From assembly GCF_006345805.1 (NCBI RefSeq), contig NC_043000.1, positions 19,468,001-19,532,000 on the forward strand: a stretch of DNA of 64,000 nt, given 5' to 3'. Of the stretch, positions 26,329 to 39,190 are shown piece after piece; position 1 is the first letter of the stretch; every line of letters begins with the position of its first letter. The notes under the pieces are model-generated. The model saw nothing but the letters and a program-made list of their open reading frames with translations. It was not told the DNA's origin and did not search any database. A program made the translations under genes and the position numbers. This DNA is from Octopus sinensis (Eukaryota).

Positions 26329-27348
26329 TTTGTCTTGATGTAGTACCAGGCAGTGGCTCTCATGGCTTCTGATTTTAACTGCTTGGGAGTGTTATCATGT
26401 ACATTGTTTTATCTTGGTATAAAAGATGGGCTACAGCAAATATTCTGCTCAATACCACAGATTTGCTTGTCAGTCGTTTGACCATAACCAGTTGAGCATG
26501 TCCCTTAATGGCCTCGCCTGCAAGGTCATGTGCTATTTATCTTGATATGAGATCACCATGTCGTGCACATATGGTTGTGATGCATGTGCCTAGTGTACCC
26601 TTATCAGACGGGTAGTCATGATAGGTATACCTTGCTTCGTATATTTGTACCCCAGTGTCACATTGATGGCATGCACTGCTCTCTCACTCAATAATAATAA
26701 TAATAATAATAATAATGATGATGATGATGATGATGATGATAATGATGATGATAATGATAATAATAATAATAATATAATAATAATATATAATAATAATAAT
26801 AATTATAATACCAGGCAGTGGCTCTGATGGCTTCTGATTAACTGATTGGAAGTGTTATCATGTACATTGTTTTGTCTTGGTATAAAAGATGGGCTACAGC
26901 AAATTTCTGCTCAATACCACAGAATTGCTTGTCAGTTGTTGACCTTAACCAGTTGAGCATGTCCCTTAGTGGCTGACGATATGTGCATCTCTGATCACGA
27001 GCAGAAGTAGTGGGGGAGCATCATGGCCATGTGTGTTGAGGGGGATTCTTTGGGGTTTGAATAATTCACCTCTGGAAACATGGGTGGTTTTTTCAACATC
27101 CTAAACAACCCTTATTCAGGGACCTTTTGAGCGGGATGGGCTAACTCAACCTGAAGAAAATTCTAACTGGGCCCCACCTGCAAGGTCATGTGCTGTTTAT
27201 CTTGATATGAGATCACCATGTCGCGCACATATGGTTGTGATGCATGTGCCTGGTGTACCTTTATCAGACGGGTAGTCATGATGGGTATATTGGGCTTCGT
27301 ATATTTTACCCCAGTGTCACTTTGATGGCATGAACTGCTCTCTCACTC
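26329..27348 (+). mobile_element. Two copies of an (AAT)n-associated non-coding retroelement 3' region (probably R4/Dong-related)
   Basis: 26329-26689 and 26809-27348 are near-identical except a roughly 200-nt deletion in the first; both end CTCTCACTC followed by (AAT)n. Confidence 0.7.
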
Positions 27349-27501
27349 AATAATAATGATAATAATGATAATAATAATAATGATAATAATAATAATAATG
27401 ATAATAATAATAATAATAATAAAGTCGGGAAGACATTCGGCAAGAAATGGAAGCAAATTTGAAAGAAGAAAAAAAAAGTAATAATAATAATAATAATAAT
27501 A

Positions 27502-27987
27502 ATGACTGTCCCAATCGATATAAACGTATCTGTCAAGACCTACCAAAAACTGAGCAAATATAAAGATCTTGAAACAGAAATCAGCAAATGTGGAAGCTGA
27601 AGACTAAAAACATACCTGTTGTCATAGGTGCCCTGGGAATGATAGCGAAGGGACTGATTGCTACCTAACTCAGATACCAGGAAACCCCAAAATGGCAGAA
27701 ATTCAAAAGATAGTGCTCATGGGAACTGCTCATATCCTACGCAAAATACTCTCTATGTAATCCCAAGGTTTAAAACAAACTTTTTTTTATTTTTATTTTT
27801 ATTTTTTTTATTTTTTTATTTTTTTCTATTTTATGAATTAGACATTCATTAGTACAACACCAAAAAATACAACCCCCCCCAAAAAAAAAAATATATGGCA
27901 CAGAACTTCCAACCTGTTGTCTCTTGAGGTCTCCGGGTGAGACTTGGAGCCAACTTGTACAGACATAAAGCAAAAGTCAAACATAGA
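27502..27987 (+). mobile_element. R4/Dong LINE 3' end (restriction-like endonuclease C-terminus plus 3' UTR)
   Basis: MTVPIDINVSVKTYQKLSKYKDLETEI..PVVIGALGMI..IQKIVLMGTAHILRKILSM*; bounded by (AAT)n on both sides. Confidence 0.88.
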
Positions 27988-28023
27988 ATAATAATAATAA
28001 TAATAAAAATGATAATAATGATG

Positions 28024-28089
<66 letters not shown>

Positions 28090-28092
<3 letters not shown>

Positions 28093-28530
28093 CACACAGA
28101 TAGAGAAATTAAGGCCAACAGACCAGATATAGTTGTCAGAGATCATGAAGAAAAAAATGCTTTCTAACTGATGTATCAATACCGGCTGATGACAACGTGT
28201 CTCTAAAAAAATGGAGAAACTCTCAAAATACAAAGACCTGGAATAGAGGTAACCAGAATGTGGAATCTAAAAAAAAAACAATTCCTATCATAGTAGGTGC
28301 ATTAGGCATGATAAAAAAATATTCAGACAAATACATAACAAAACACCAGGACTTACAAACACATATAACATACAGAAAATTGCACTACTAGGCACTGCAC
28401 ACATCCTACGCAGAACACTTTCCATACAATAACCATCAGAGCATCACAACAAATCACAGCACATACCCAAGGCACACAGAGCTGCGCTCGGTAGTGAAGT
28501 GAAAGCACGCTATAAAAATAAAACTACTGA
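28090..28530 (+). mobile_element. Second R4/Dong LINE 3' end (different subfamily)
   Basis: TDREIKANRPDIVV..DVSIPADDN..EKLSKYKDL..PIIVGALGMI..QKIALLGTAHILRRTLS; embedded in (AAT)n. Confidence 0.9.
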
Positions 28531-28569
28531 ATAATAATAACAACAACAATAATAATAATAATAATAATG

Positions 28570-28623
<54 letters not shown>

Positions 28624-28719
28624 TTTATTTTTCTCTCAATGCCGCGGTGATAAGGAGAGTTGAGCGTCATAGAAAGAATAGGATAGTGACGTCACACGTC
28701 GTCGGTGTTATCTTGTATC

Positions 28720-28900
28720 CGGGAAGTATATCTAGAGCCAATGGTTTAAAGCTTAACGGATGAGGAGAGGCTCGTGGCTCAGGTGACAAATAGCTAACGC
28801 GTGATTTCGTTTAAGGTAGACCATGTGTTGCGATCACATGGCCCGTGCACTTAGCCATCCGCCTTCACCAACGGTACCATTGGGACTGGTAACATGCTAG
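28720..28900 (-). pseudogene. Possible Gypsy-type RT relic
   Basis: PMVPLVKADG*VHGPCD..TLNEIT resembles SPIVPV.K.DGSVRICGDY..TLN.VT. Confidence 0.35.
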
Positions 28901-29034
28901 ATCTTGTTAGTATGATTGCAGCAGGCTGCTGGACGTCGAAATGAGGTCATAGATAAAGCGAAAAAATAAATATTTATAGACAATTGCTTCCAATCCTACA
29001 GCTTCCCTTTTCAGATTACAAAATTCACACCGGT

Positions 29035-29697
29035 CGCTACGTTCTGAGTTCAAATTCCGCCGAGGTCGACTTTGCCTTTCATCCTTTCGGGGTCGATTAA
29101 ATAAGTACCAGTTACGAACTGGGGTCGATATAGTCGACTTAATCCGTTTCTCTGTCCTTGTTTGTCCTCTCTGTATTTAGCCCCTTGTGGGTAAGTAAAG
29201 AAATAAATATTTCGTCTGCCGCTACGTTCTGAGCTCAAATTCCGCCGAGTTCGACTTTGCCTTTCATCCTTTCGGGGTCGATTAAATAAGTACCAGTTAC
29301 GCACTGGGGTCGATATAATCGACTTAATCCGTTTCTCTGTCCTTGTTTGTCCTCTCTGTATTTAGCCCCTTGTGGGTAAGTAAAGAAATAAATATTTCGT
29401 CTGCCGCTACGTTCTGAGCTCAAATTCCGCCGAGTTCGACTTTGCCTTTCATCCTTTCGGGGTCGATTAAATAAGTACCAGTTACGCACTGGGGTCGATA
29501 TAATCGACTTAATCTGTTTCTCTGTCCTTGTTTGTTCTCTCTGTGTTTAGCCCCTTGTGGGTAGTAAAGAAATAGGTATTTCGTCTGCCGCTACGTTCTG
29601 AGTTCAAATTCCGCCGAGGTCGACTTTGCCTTTTATCCTTTCGGGATCGATTAAATAAGTACCAGTTACACACTGGGGTCGATATAATCGACTTAAT
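29035..29697 (+). repeat. Head-to-tail array of about 3.6 headless SINE C units (185/185/184 bp)
   Basis: GTTCTGAG at 29041, 29226, 29411 and 29595. Confidence 0.95.
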
Positions 29698-30056
29698 ATT
29701 TCAACCGTGTTTCGTGGTCTGCTACCACAACAGCTCCTTTATAGGATCCAGTTAGCTCAAGACATCATCAGGAGGAACCACGTTCGGTTTCGGCCCCGTA
29801 CTCCTCTACCGTTTTGACGTGGCAGGGCACCCCCCCCCCTTTCGGAGGTGTCTTCAGCTCTGGTGTTGAGTGCATGTCTTCTTTCTTCTTCTTTCTTCTG
29901 TTCCCTGGCCTCTTCGATGTAGCGTCAACGAGTGTCAGCGAGCAACTGACTGCCTTGTCAAATTTTTTCCCTTTAATATCTAAATGGTTGTCACAGACTC
30001 CGCAAGCAAAGAGTAACGCCCTGTGCAAATACTGATTGTAATAAAATCAGTAAACA

Positions 30057-30269
30057 TATACTCTTTACTCTTTTACTTGTTTCAGTCATTTGACTGCGGC
30101 CATGCTAGAGCACCGCCTTTAGTCGAGCAACTCGACCCCGGGACTTATTCTTTTTGTAAGCCCAGTACTTATTCTATCGGTCTCTTTTGCCGAACCGCTA
30201 AGTAACGGGGACGTAAACACACCAGCATCGGTTGTCAAGCAATGCTAGGGGGACAAACACAGACACACA

Positions 30270-30324
<55 letters not shown>

Positions 30325-30496
30325 CATATATACGACAGGCTTCTTTCAGTTTCCGTCTACCAAATCCACTCACAAGGCATTGGTCGGTCCGGGGCTATAG
30401 CAGAAGACACTTGCCCAAGGTGCCACGCAGTGGGACTGAATCCGGAACCATGTGGTTGGTTAGCAAGCTACTTACCACACAGCCACTCTTGCGCCT
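30057..30496 (-). mobile_element. SINE family B
   Basis: Full length. Confidence 0.92.
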
Positions 30497-30915
30497 GTAA
30501 GACTTTTTTCTAAAAAGTTCAGCATGTAAGCCTTCGCCGTCGTTGTTATCTTCATACAGCAATGAATGTTTGTTTCTTTATTAGAAACCAACTTCTTCAT
30601 TGGAAGAATTTGAATAATTGAAGACCAAAAATAAGTTCCATACATTTAGACGCAAGACATTACACACACACACACACACACACACTTACACACAAGGGTG
30701 CACATGCGTATATACAAACACACACAAACACATGCAGAATCACACACAAATACGCACATTTTTGAAACTGACGTCAGTCTTCGTGAGCGCTTTTGTTCTC
30801 CCCTTGCATTTTGCACTTCTGTTATATAGGTTAATTTGAACGAACACAGTAGAATGAGCATAAAACAAAAGATATATATACATACATACATACATACATA
30901 CATACATACATACAT

Positions 30916-30980
<65 letters not shown>

Positions 30981-30992
30981 TGTATGTATATG

Positions 30993-31038
<46 letters not shown>

Positions 31039-31044
31039 ATATAT

Positions 31045-31083
<39 letters not shown>

Positions 31084-31132
31084 CATATATATTATATATA
31101 TACATATATATATATATGTATATATATATATG

Positions 31133-31232
<100 letters not shown>

Positions 31233-31470
31233 ATGAGGGTGAAAAATCGATATTAATTAATAATACCGTCAATTTAACACCAAGTGGCTTAGCACAAAAA
31301 ACTACGGAGGAAATACAAATTTATACATAAATTATTAGAGAGTCATCCACTATGTGGATAACTCTAGTGCTAAAAATAGCTCCGAAGCAACCACAGAAGA
31401 TCCGTTTCCAACTAGAATCAACACACATTTAACTGAAGGAAAGTGAAATACAACGAATAAAATAGATTGA

Positions 31471-31544
31471 CTCTATACAATTGTTTCATTACTAATGCAA
31501 TATGTAGTTTTACTTACACTTGCATCTATAAATCTTCGGTAGAG
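31471..31544 (-). ncRNA. Type I hammerhead ribozyme motif, unit 1
   Basis: CTCTA CCGAAGA [45-nt stem II including ATGCAA/TTGCAT] GAA ACAATTGT A TAGAG. Confidence 0.75.
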
Positions 31545-31961
31545 TTTGTCAGAAATGCAATTAATTAGATCGATTCGGGCGTCAAAAACACGAGCGGTCC
31601 AACCAATTACATTTTTAGTTATGTCTCAAATCCGCGCCAAAAGCATGCCTAGACTCCATTGGAAACGTATGCCGCATCAAATAAAATATTGACTGCCGCG
31701 TAGTTAAATTTATAAAATTATAAATGAGGGTGAAAAATCGATATTAATTTAATAATACCGTCAATTTAACACCAAGTGGCTTAGCACAAAAAACTACGGA
31801 GGAAATACAAATTTATACATAAATTATTAGAGAGTCATCCACTATGTGGATAACTCTAGTGCTAAAAATAGCTCCGAAGCAACCACAGAAGATCCGTTTC
31901 CAACTAGAATCAACACACATTTAACTGAAGGAAAGTGAAATACAACGAATAAAATAGATGA

Positions 31962-32035
31962 CTCTATACAATTGTTTCATTACTAATGCAATATGTAGTT
32001 TTACTTACACTTGCATCTATAAATCTTCGGTAGAG
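31962..32035 (-). ncRNA. Type I hammerhead ribozyme motif, unit 2
   Basis: Identical to unit 1, 491 nt away. Confidence 0.75.
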
Positions 32036-32346
32036 TTTGTCAGAAATGCAATTAATTAGATCGATTCGGGCGTCAAAAACACGAGCGGTCCAACCAATTA
32101 CATTTTTAGTTATGTCTCAAATTCCGCGCCAAAAGCATGCCTAGACTCCATTGGAAACGTATGCCGCATCAAATAAAATATTGACTGCCGCGTAGTTAAA
32201 TTTATAAAATTATAAATGAGGGTGAAAAATCGATATTAATTTAATAATACCGTCAATTTAACACCAAGTGGCTTAGCACAAAAAACTACGGAGGAAATAC
32301 AAATTTATACATAAATTATTAGAGAGTCATCCACTATGTGGATAAC

Positions 32347-32393
<47 letters not shown>

Positions 32394-32712
32394 ATACATA
32401 ATATATAAAGGCGTCTTCTATTTTTTTTCCAAAGAATATATCAAACAGATCGCTGTCTCGAATGATGCAATAAAATAATTTGGAGAACAATTGCAATAAA
32501 CAACTGTGTGAGAAGTTCGGTGAATCTTATAAAGAAAATAACAAAATAACTGAACTTAGTCACACTTAGAAAAGAAACTAGAATCAGTGAACCACTGGTT
32601 GCTTGAATAGTTGCTACAACACTGTTTGTCGTTATGCCACTTAAGCGAGACAACCTCCTTACAGCAAGATTAAAAGCGATAACGAAATCTCCTCTACGTA
32701 GTCGTTAGACGT

Positions 32713-32875
32713 GCTGCGCAGGAGTGGCTGTGTGGTAAGTAGCTTGTTTACCAACCACATGGTTCTGGGTTCAGTCCCACTGCATGGCACCTTGGGCAAG
32801 TGTCTTCTACTATAGCCTCAGGCCGACCAAAGCCTTGTGAGTGGATTTGGTAGACGGAAACTGAAAGAAGCCGTC

Positions 32876-32932
<57 letters not shown>

Positions 32933-33144
32933 TGTGTGTGTCTGTGTTTGTCCCCCTAGTATTGCTTGACAACCGATGCTGGTGTGTTTACGTCCCCGTT
33001 ACTTAGCGGTTCGGCAAAAGAGACCGATAGAATAAGTACTGGGCTTACAAAAGAATAACTCCCGGGGTCGAGTTGCTCGATTAAAGGCGGTGCTCCAGCA
33101 TGGCCGCAGTCAAATGACTGAAACAAGTAAAAGAGTAAAAGAGA
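32713..33144 (+). mobile_element. SINE family B
   Basis: Full length. Confidence 0.92.
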
Positions 33145-33509
33145 GTATAATCGGCATTTTAAGTCACATTTCGATCAAGACGTAACTGTATCGGCATTTG
33201 CTGCGCTCAGATTGTTAAAGTATAACCTTCGAAATGTAACGTGATATAACACAAATTCTTGGATGGCACGAAAGATCGTCAGGTATTGAGTATTTCCTGA
33301 GGGGTTCACAAACTCTGTAGATGAGTCTTTAGTTTAATCTAATTCCTGTTTAGGAACGGTATCAAGAGCAACGACGTAGCTGATAGGGGAGCGATGGAAG
33401 GTGACCGATCCTTCCAAGCTTAGTTTTCAAAATAGTTGTCTTTTCAACAATTTTTTAAAAACCATTTAGTTACCTTTATCAGTAGTTGTAAGTTTCATAC
33501 ATGGTGGAT

Positions 33510-33889
33510 TGAAGCACTCCGTCGGTTACGACGACGAGGGTTCCGGTTGATCCGAATCAACGGACAGCCTGCTCGTGAAATTAACGTGTAAGTGGCTGAG
33601 CACTCCACAGACACGTGTACCCTTAATATAGTTCTCGGAGATATTCAGCGTGACACAGAGTGACAAGGCCGGCCCCTTGAAATACAGGTACAACAGAAAC
33701 AGGAAGTAAGAGTGAGAGAAAGTTGTGGTGAAAGAGTACAGCAGGGATCACCACCATCCCCTGCCGGAGCCTCGTGGAGCTTTAGGTGTTTTCGATCAAT
33801 AAACACTCACAACGCCCGGTCTGGGAATCGAAACCGCGATCCTATGACCGCGAGTCCGCTGCCCTAACCACTGGGTCATTGCGCCTTCA
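33510..33889 (-). mobile_element. SINE family A
   Basis: Full length; TSD not clear. Confidence 0.92.
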
Positions 33890-34431
33890 CTAGTATCATA
33901 CATAATGATATCGTTACTGAAACCTGAAATTAATTACGTATATTAGAACTAATGAAATATTTCGCGTAATATAAGAGAAATTAGTTTTAAAATGTTTGAT
34001 ATGGGTCACAAAATTGTTTTTTTTATGTGCTCGCTTCCCCTGACTTTAGAACCTAGTTACATCTCTGATAAGGAGTCAATGTAAACGAGTCAAGGCAATT
34101 CTCAGGAATCTCGACACGTCCAGCTGGAGTACTTTTGTCATGATCGACATCAGTCTTGTCTGGGATATCTCATGACATTGTTCCTATAGTTCAACTTCGT
34201 GGATCAAAGATCGGCTTAGCTCGTCAACAGATTCTTTCCGGACGAGGGAAGCCAAGTTGGCGCACCGATTCATGCAGCCGTTGATAGAAGGAAGATTAAG
34301 AAACGTTCATTATATCGATATATACATTAGAAACAGCATTAGATTAAGTAACGATGTGTATAATATATATGCAAAAATAAAACAAAAGTATAGCTATCCT
34401 ATTTTGTTTCAGAAAAAAACTTCTCAAAAGT

Positions 34432-34844
34432 ACTTACTCTTTACTCTTTAACTTGTTTCAGTCATTTGACTGCAGCCATGCTGGAGCACCGCCTTTAATC
34501 GAGCAACTCGACCCCGGGACTTATTCTTTTGTAAGCCCAGTACTTATTCTATCGGTCTCTTTTGCCGAACCGCTAAGTGACGGGGACGTAAACACACCAG
34601 CATCGGTTGTCAAGCAATGCTAGGGGGACAAACACAGACACACAAACACACACACGCATATATATACATATATATATATACGACGGGTTTCTTTCAGTTT
34701 CCATCTACCAAATCCACTCATAAGGCTTTGGTCGGCCCGAGGCTATAGTAGAAGACACTTGCCCAAGGTGCCACGCACTGGGACTGAACCCAGAACCATG
34801 TGGTTGGTAAACAAGCTACTTACCACACAGCCACTCCTGCGCCT
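34432..34844 (-). mobile_element. SINE family B
   Basis: Full length. Confidence 0.92.
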
Positions 34845-35649
34845 ATGTTAACTTGTATGTTAAAAAAAAACACAGGCTGTCTCAGAATGTTGTCGTGAGA
34901 CCAAATGAGGGCTAAACCCTATGTCTGAGGATTCGCCGATTATGTGTTAAAAGCATGTAGCGAACTCAGTTATTTTTTAATACACAGTCTCTATGAGAAG
35001 TTTCTCTGGGACAAAATATTACATCTAGTTCATAAAGTGTTTGTGGGTATACACAAGAATTGCATCGAATGTAAGAAATCAGACAAGAGAGCTTCCATTG
35101 TAGGTACCGGAAGATTTTTAGATACTAGAGATAATGTCAGTTTTCCTAACGATACCGATATAACTCTCACATTTTTCATTTCAAGTTGAGTGGTCTGGAG
35201 TAAAGAAGCCAGATGGGGAACCCATATCATGCAGTAAATATTTCACTTCAGAAGACACGTAAACATTCTTGTAGTTGAGCGGACATAACCAGAAAAAAAA
35301 CCCGAAAACAGAAATAACATAGTCAAGCAAGAAATGATAGTGGATTAAGAGATGCTGAAATAAGGTAAAGCAAACGGAAGTCATGGATATTCACCTGCAT
35401 CGATTAAAAGTTAAGGTAACAAATCCTTAAAACTTATATTTAAAGTCACTAGAATACGTGGATCTGATAAACGGATATGGTTTTATACGACATTGTTTCT
35501 TTAGCTTCAGACAAATATGATATCCAAAAACAGTACGTTTAATGTCATCCGTCGATGAAAGTAGATGATAGTAAGATTTCGGAGCTGAATAAAATCCATC
35601 AATCTTAAAATGCCCAAGGGATTTGTAAATTCTAAGAGGCTACAAGTGA

Positions 35650-35985
35650 AGGCGCATGGCTCAGTGGTTAGAGCGTCGAGCTTACGATCGTGAGGTTGTG
35701 AGTTCGAATCCCGGACCGGGCTGCGTGTTGTGTTCTTGAGCAAGTCACTTTATTTCACGTTGCTCTAGTTCACTCAGCTGTAGCAATGCGTTTCGACGTC
35801 ACTGGTGCCAAGCTATATCGGCCTTTGCCTTTCCCTTGGATAACATTGGTGGCGTGGAGAGAGGAGGCCGGTATGCATGGGCGACTGCTGGTCTTCCATA
35901 AACAAGCTTGCCCGGACTTGTGCCTTGGAGGGTAACTTTCTAGGTGCAATCTCATGGTCAGTCATGACCGAAGGAGGTCTCAGCA
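35650..35985 (+). mobile_element. SINE family E
   Basis: A box TGGCTCAGTGG, B box GAGTTCGAATCCC, CORE-like block. Confidence 0.9.
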
Positions 35986-36055
35986 AAAAAGAGGCTACTC
36001 TGTGAGTCGTCACCACAAAGTCAAGCAATAGCTCCTCTGCGGCAGCTTTACGGTA

Positions 36056-36722
36056 ATAGATTTCTAATCGTCAGTACGACATTTTTCCCATGTTTCATAT
36101 GAAACAAATAAAAAATAAGGGTAAGTGATCAGTGTTTAGATTATATCTAAAACATTTTTCGAAAATTTTACCCAAAAATTTTTCGCAAATTTTCACCGAA
36201 AATTTTACCCAAAAATTTTTCGAAAATTTTACCCAAAAATTTTCCAAAATTTTCGAAGAATTTTTGGGTAAAAGAATTTTTCGAAAATTTTCACAGAAAA
36301 TTTTACCCAAAAATTTTTCGAAAATTTTACCCAAAAACTTTTCGCAAATTTTCACCGAAAATTTTACCCAAAAGTTCTTCGAAAATTTTTGGAAAATTTT
36401 TGGGTAAAATTTTCGGTGAAAATTTTCAAAAAGTTTTTGTGGAAAATTTTCATTGAAAATCTTCGAAAAATTTTTTTTCACCGAAAATTTTCCCCAAAAA
36501 GTTTGGAAGTGGTAACGACTAGGGTAAGGTAACTGACTGCCTATTGTGATCATTCGTCTTTTGGTTTACAATTTTTTTAGGGTGTGTAAAGTGGGAATTA
36601 ACCCTCATCTGCAGTTTTGATGAAATTCGAAACACAGATATTTCAGTTCATTCAGAAAATATAACAGAAAAGTCTAATTCTTCAATTGAATGTAAACGGG
36701 CAACGCCGGGTATCTCTGCTAG
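36056..36722 (+). mobile_element. Probable Helitron-type element with an internal A-tract satellite (36155-36500)
   Basis: 3' end CGGGCAACGCCGGG..CTAG|T at 36697-36723; 5' end not defined. Confidence 0.55.
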
Positions 36723-37372
36723 TATTATATATAACATTTTCATGTTTTCTGTTTTTGCAAAATCAATCCCGAAGGACTTGAGTTGTGTCCTCCCGTTTAT
36801 CTTTTCGTCCGCCATACGCTATCAACAATCAAGATGATTTTTCAAGTAATTTATTTGAAGAAACGAAATAAAATGTTTAGAAGCAGTGAATGTATTCAGT
36901 TTATGAATTGAATTCACATATGCAACGTGAGAAAAAATAATATTTGTATTAGCAGCTTTAGTGGTCTAGTACAGAGAGACAACAGGGTAGCGCCGTTAGT
37001 AGGGGAGGTTGGGAAGGGGAAAGGGGAGAGTGGAGTGTCAGAATGAAACAAGGGATGTTCAGCTAAGAGAAGTTAGTATAAGTAAGTATAAGTTCTGGCG
37101 CTTGTGAACATGACAGGAGGAACGAATAGGGAGAAGAAAGTGACAATTGAAAAATTGGCAATTAGCGATTAAGAAACGAAAAGAGAAAAGTGAAAAATGA
37201 AAAACTAGGAAGAAATCAAAAGCTGGGGCAGGATGAGATTTTAATAGATTACATGAACTGTGAGGAGATCCTCGGAAATCCTCGTTTTAAATTCCAGAAA
37301 ATTTCAAACATTCCCCCAAAAGTTTCTTTTGGGTCAATTCAGAAACTGCCATGGCCCGACGGTTTTAAGCGT

Positions 37373-37460
<88 letters not shown>

Positions 37461-38200
37461 TGTTTCTTTATTAGCCACACAGGGCTGCACACAGACGGGA
37501 CAAATTACAAGGTAGAGCTTTTCTTTTTGGTTTTCGATCAAAAGGGATCGTAAAAGGAAATAAAGAGGAAAGCAAAGAAGGGGGGGGAGATAAAAATAAA
37601 AGGAAAAAAATCGATCAATAGGGATCGTTATCACAGAAATGTCAATATAAAGTGTAAAGGGGAGGACAGGTGAGGCTTACCCGTGGAAAGAAAAGCCTAC
37701 GGAAAAGACCACGGTAACCTCGGTCAATGAAGTCACATGTTATATTTTTTTTACAAATAAGTAACTCTCTGTATTAATTTTTACGGTTCATTGGATCATA
37801 GTCAAGGTGGCTTCGTCATTCACACGTGCCATCCTTGCTACATTCACCCATCTTTTTTTAAAACATTCACTAAACAAAACTTGCCTCTCTACTCTCACTT
37901 TCCTCTTCAAGTGATACTTGAAGAAGTTGATGAGAGATTGATCAGAGAGGAAAGTGTTTGTCTCTAATCCTTTCAGGCGCGTCCACCAGATACATTCTTT
38001 CGCTATAGCCACAAGTTTGATAAAAATAGCTCTTCCTTCCCGTTTGAAGGAAGGAGACGTGACGATATTAACGATAGACTTGGCTGATAAACCGACACGT
38101 CCCACACGTGACAGCAGTCGTTCGACATAAGCCCACAGGTCGGAGATTGTTGGACACTGCACGATTGCGTGCAGAACGGTTTCGTCGCTCTGCCAGCATC
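37461..38200 (-). mobile_element. Tx1/L1-clade LINE 3' end abutting (GATA)n
   Basis: C..SDETVLHAIVQCPTISDLW..AKECIWWTR..FF..LKRKVRVER..F.KRW (zf-RVT-like); AATAAA at 37467-37472 (minus), then (TCTA)n at 37373-37460. Confidence 0.8.
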
Positions 38201-38479
38201 ATCATCATTGGTATAGTATCCAAGTTCCCAGTCTTGCATGGGTCAGACGGAATTCAATGCGGCAAATACTCTGTAGCCAGGTGCCCTTCCTCTCACCAAC
38301 GCTCATCTTTTTTCCAAATAAGGCAATGTTTTTACTTGGCTGGTCATGTTTTTTTTAATAACAGACTGGAAATAAATGACATCGCTTGTATGACTGATTC
38401 TTGCTTACGACGATCATGCAATGTCAAGACAAGGAGAAACAAATATACACACAGACAGACAGATAAATAACTAACTGGC

Positions 38480-38810
38480 ATTCCTTCGGTTACAGTGGCA
38501 ATGAGGGTTCCAGTTTATTTGATCGATGGAACAACTTGCTCATGAAATTAATGTGCAGGTGGCTGAGCGCTCCACAGACACGTCTGCCCTTAATGTAATT
38601 CTCAGGGAGATTCAGCGTGACACAAAACATGACAAGGCTGGTCCTTTGAAATACAGGTGCAATTCATTTTTGCCAGCTGAGTGGACTGGAGAAATGGGAA
38701 ATGTGAAATAAAGTGTCTTGCTTAAGGACACAACACTCTGCCAGGAATCAAACTCATGACCTTACAATTGTGAGCCAAATACCTTAACCACTAAGTCACG
38801 TGCCTTTGCA
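38480..38810 (-). mobile_element. Old SINE with family E-type head and CORE joined to the family A 3' tail
   Basis: AAATAAAGTGTCTTGC CORE block joined to GGCTGAGCGCTCCACAGACACG family A tail. Confidence 0.75.
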
Positions 38811-38882
38811 GCATGCATACATACCAGCATTTATACACACTGATATATACATTATAGTTACACACACACACACACATATATA

Positions 38883-38927
<45 letters not shown>

Positions 38928-38929
38928 GA

Positions 38930-39190
38930 CTGGCTTCCGTGTAGGTGGCACGTAAAAACCACCAACCGATCGTGGCCGTTGCCAGCTTTCCCTGGCACCT
39001 GTGCTGGTGGAACGTAAAAAGCACCCACTACACTCACGGAGTGGTTGGCGTTAGGAAGGGCATCCAGCTGTAGAAACACTGCCAGATCAGACTGGAGCCT
39101 GGTGCAGCCTCCTGGCTTCCCAGACCTCAGTCGAACCGTCCAACCCTTGCTAGCATGGAAAACGGACGTTAAACAACAACAATGATGATA
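38930..39190 (+). mobile_element. SINE/LINE-tail family D (GGAAGGGCATCCAGC motif, GAT-type tail)
   Basis: Related copies at 21700-21870, 52640-52760 (-) and 62517-62720 (-). Confidence 0.75.

Larger units (their letters stand above)
33150..35450 (-). pseudogene. Highly degraded CRE-like LINE 3' half, interrupted by SINE A (33510-33889) and SINE B (34432-34844)
   Basis: Collinear weak motifs on the minus strand: VKYLLH..SP, ISVSL..NLPV..ALLSDFLHSM, SRFLRIALTRL, GKRAH, WKDRS..VALDT, RL..AANADTV. Confidence 0.4.

Noticed and set aside
29035-29697. CRISPR-like or repeated-gene appearance (duplicated 84-aa ORFs)
   Set aside because: Tandem SINE units with no unique spacers and no cas genes; eukaryotic context
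35650-35725. tRNA-like sequence with good A and B boxes
   Set aside because: It is the head of SINE family E, continues into CORE and tail, and has no proper cloverleaf or Pol III terminator
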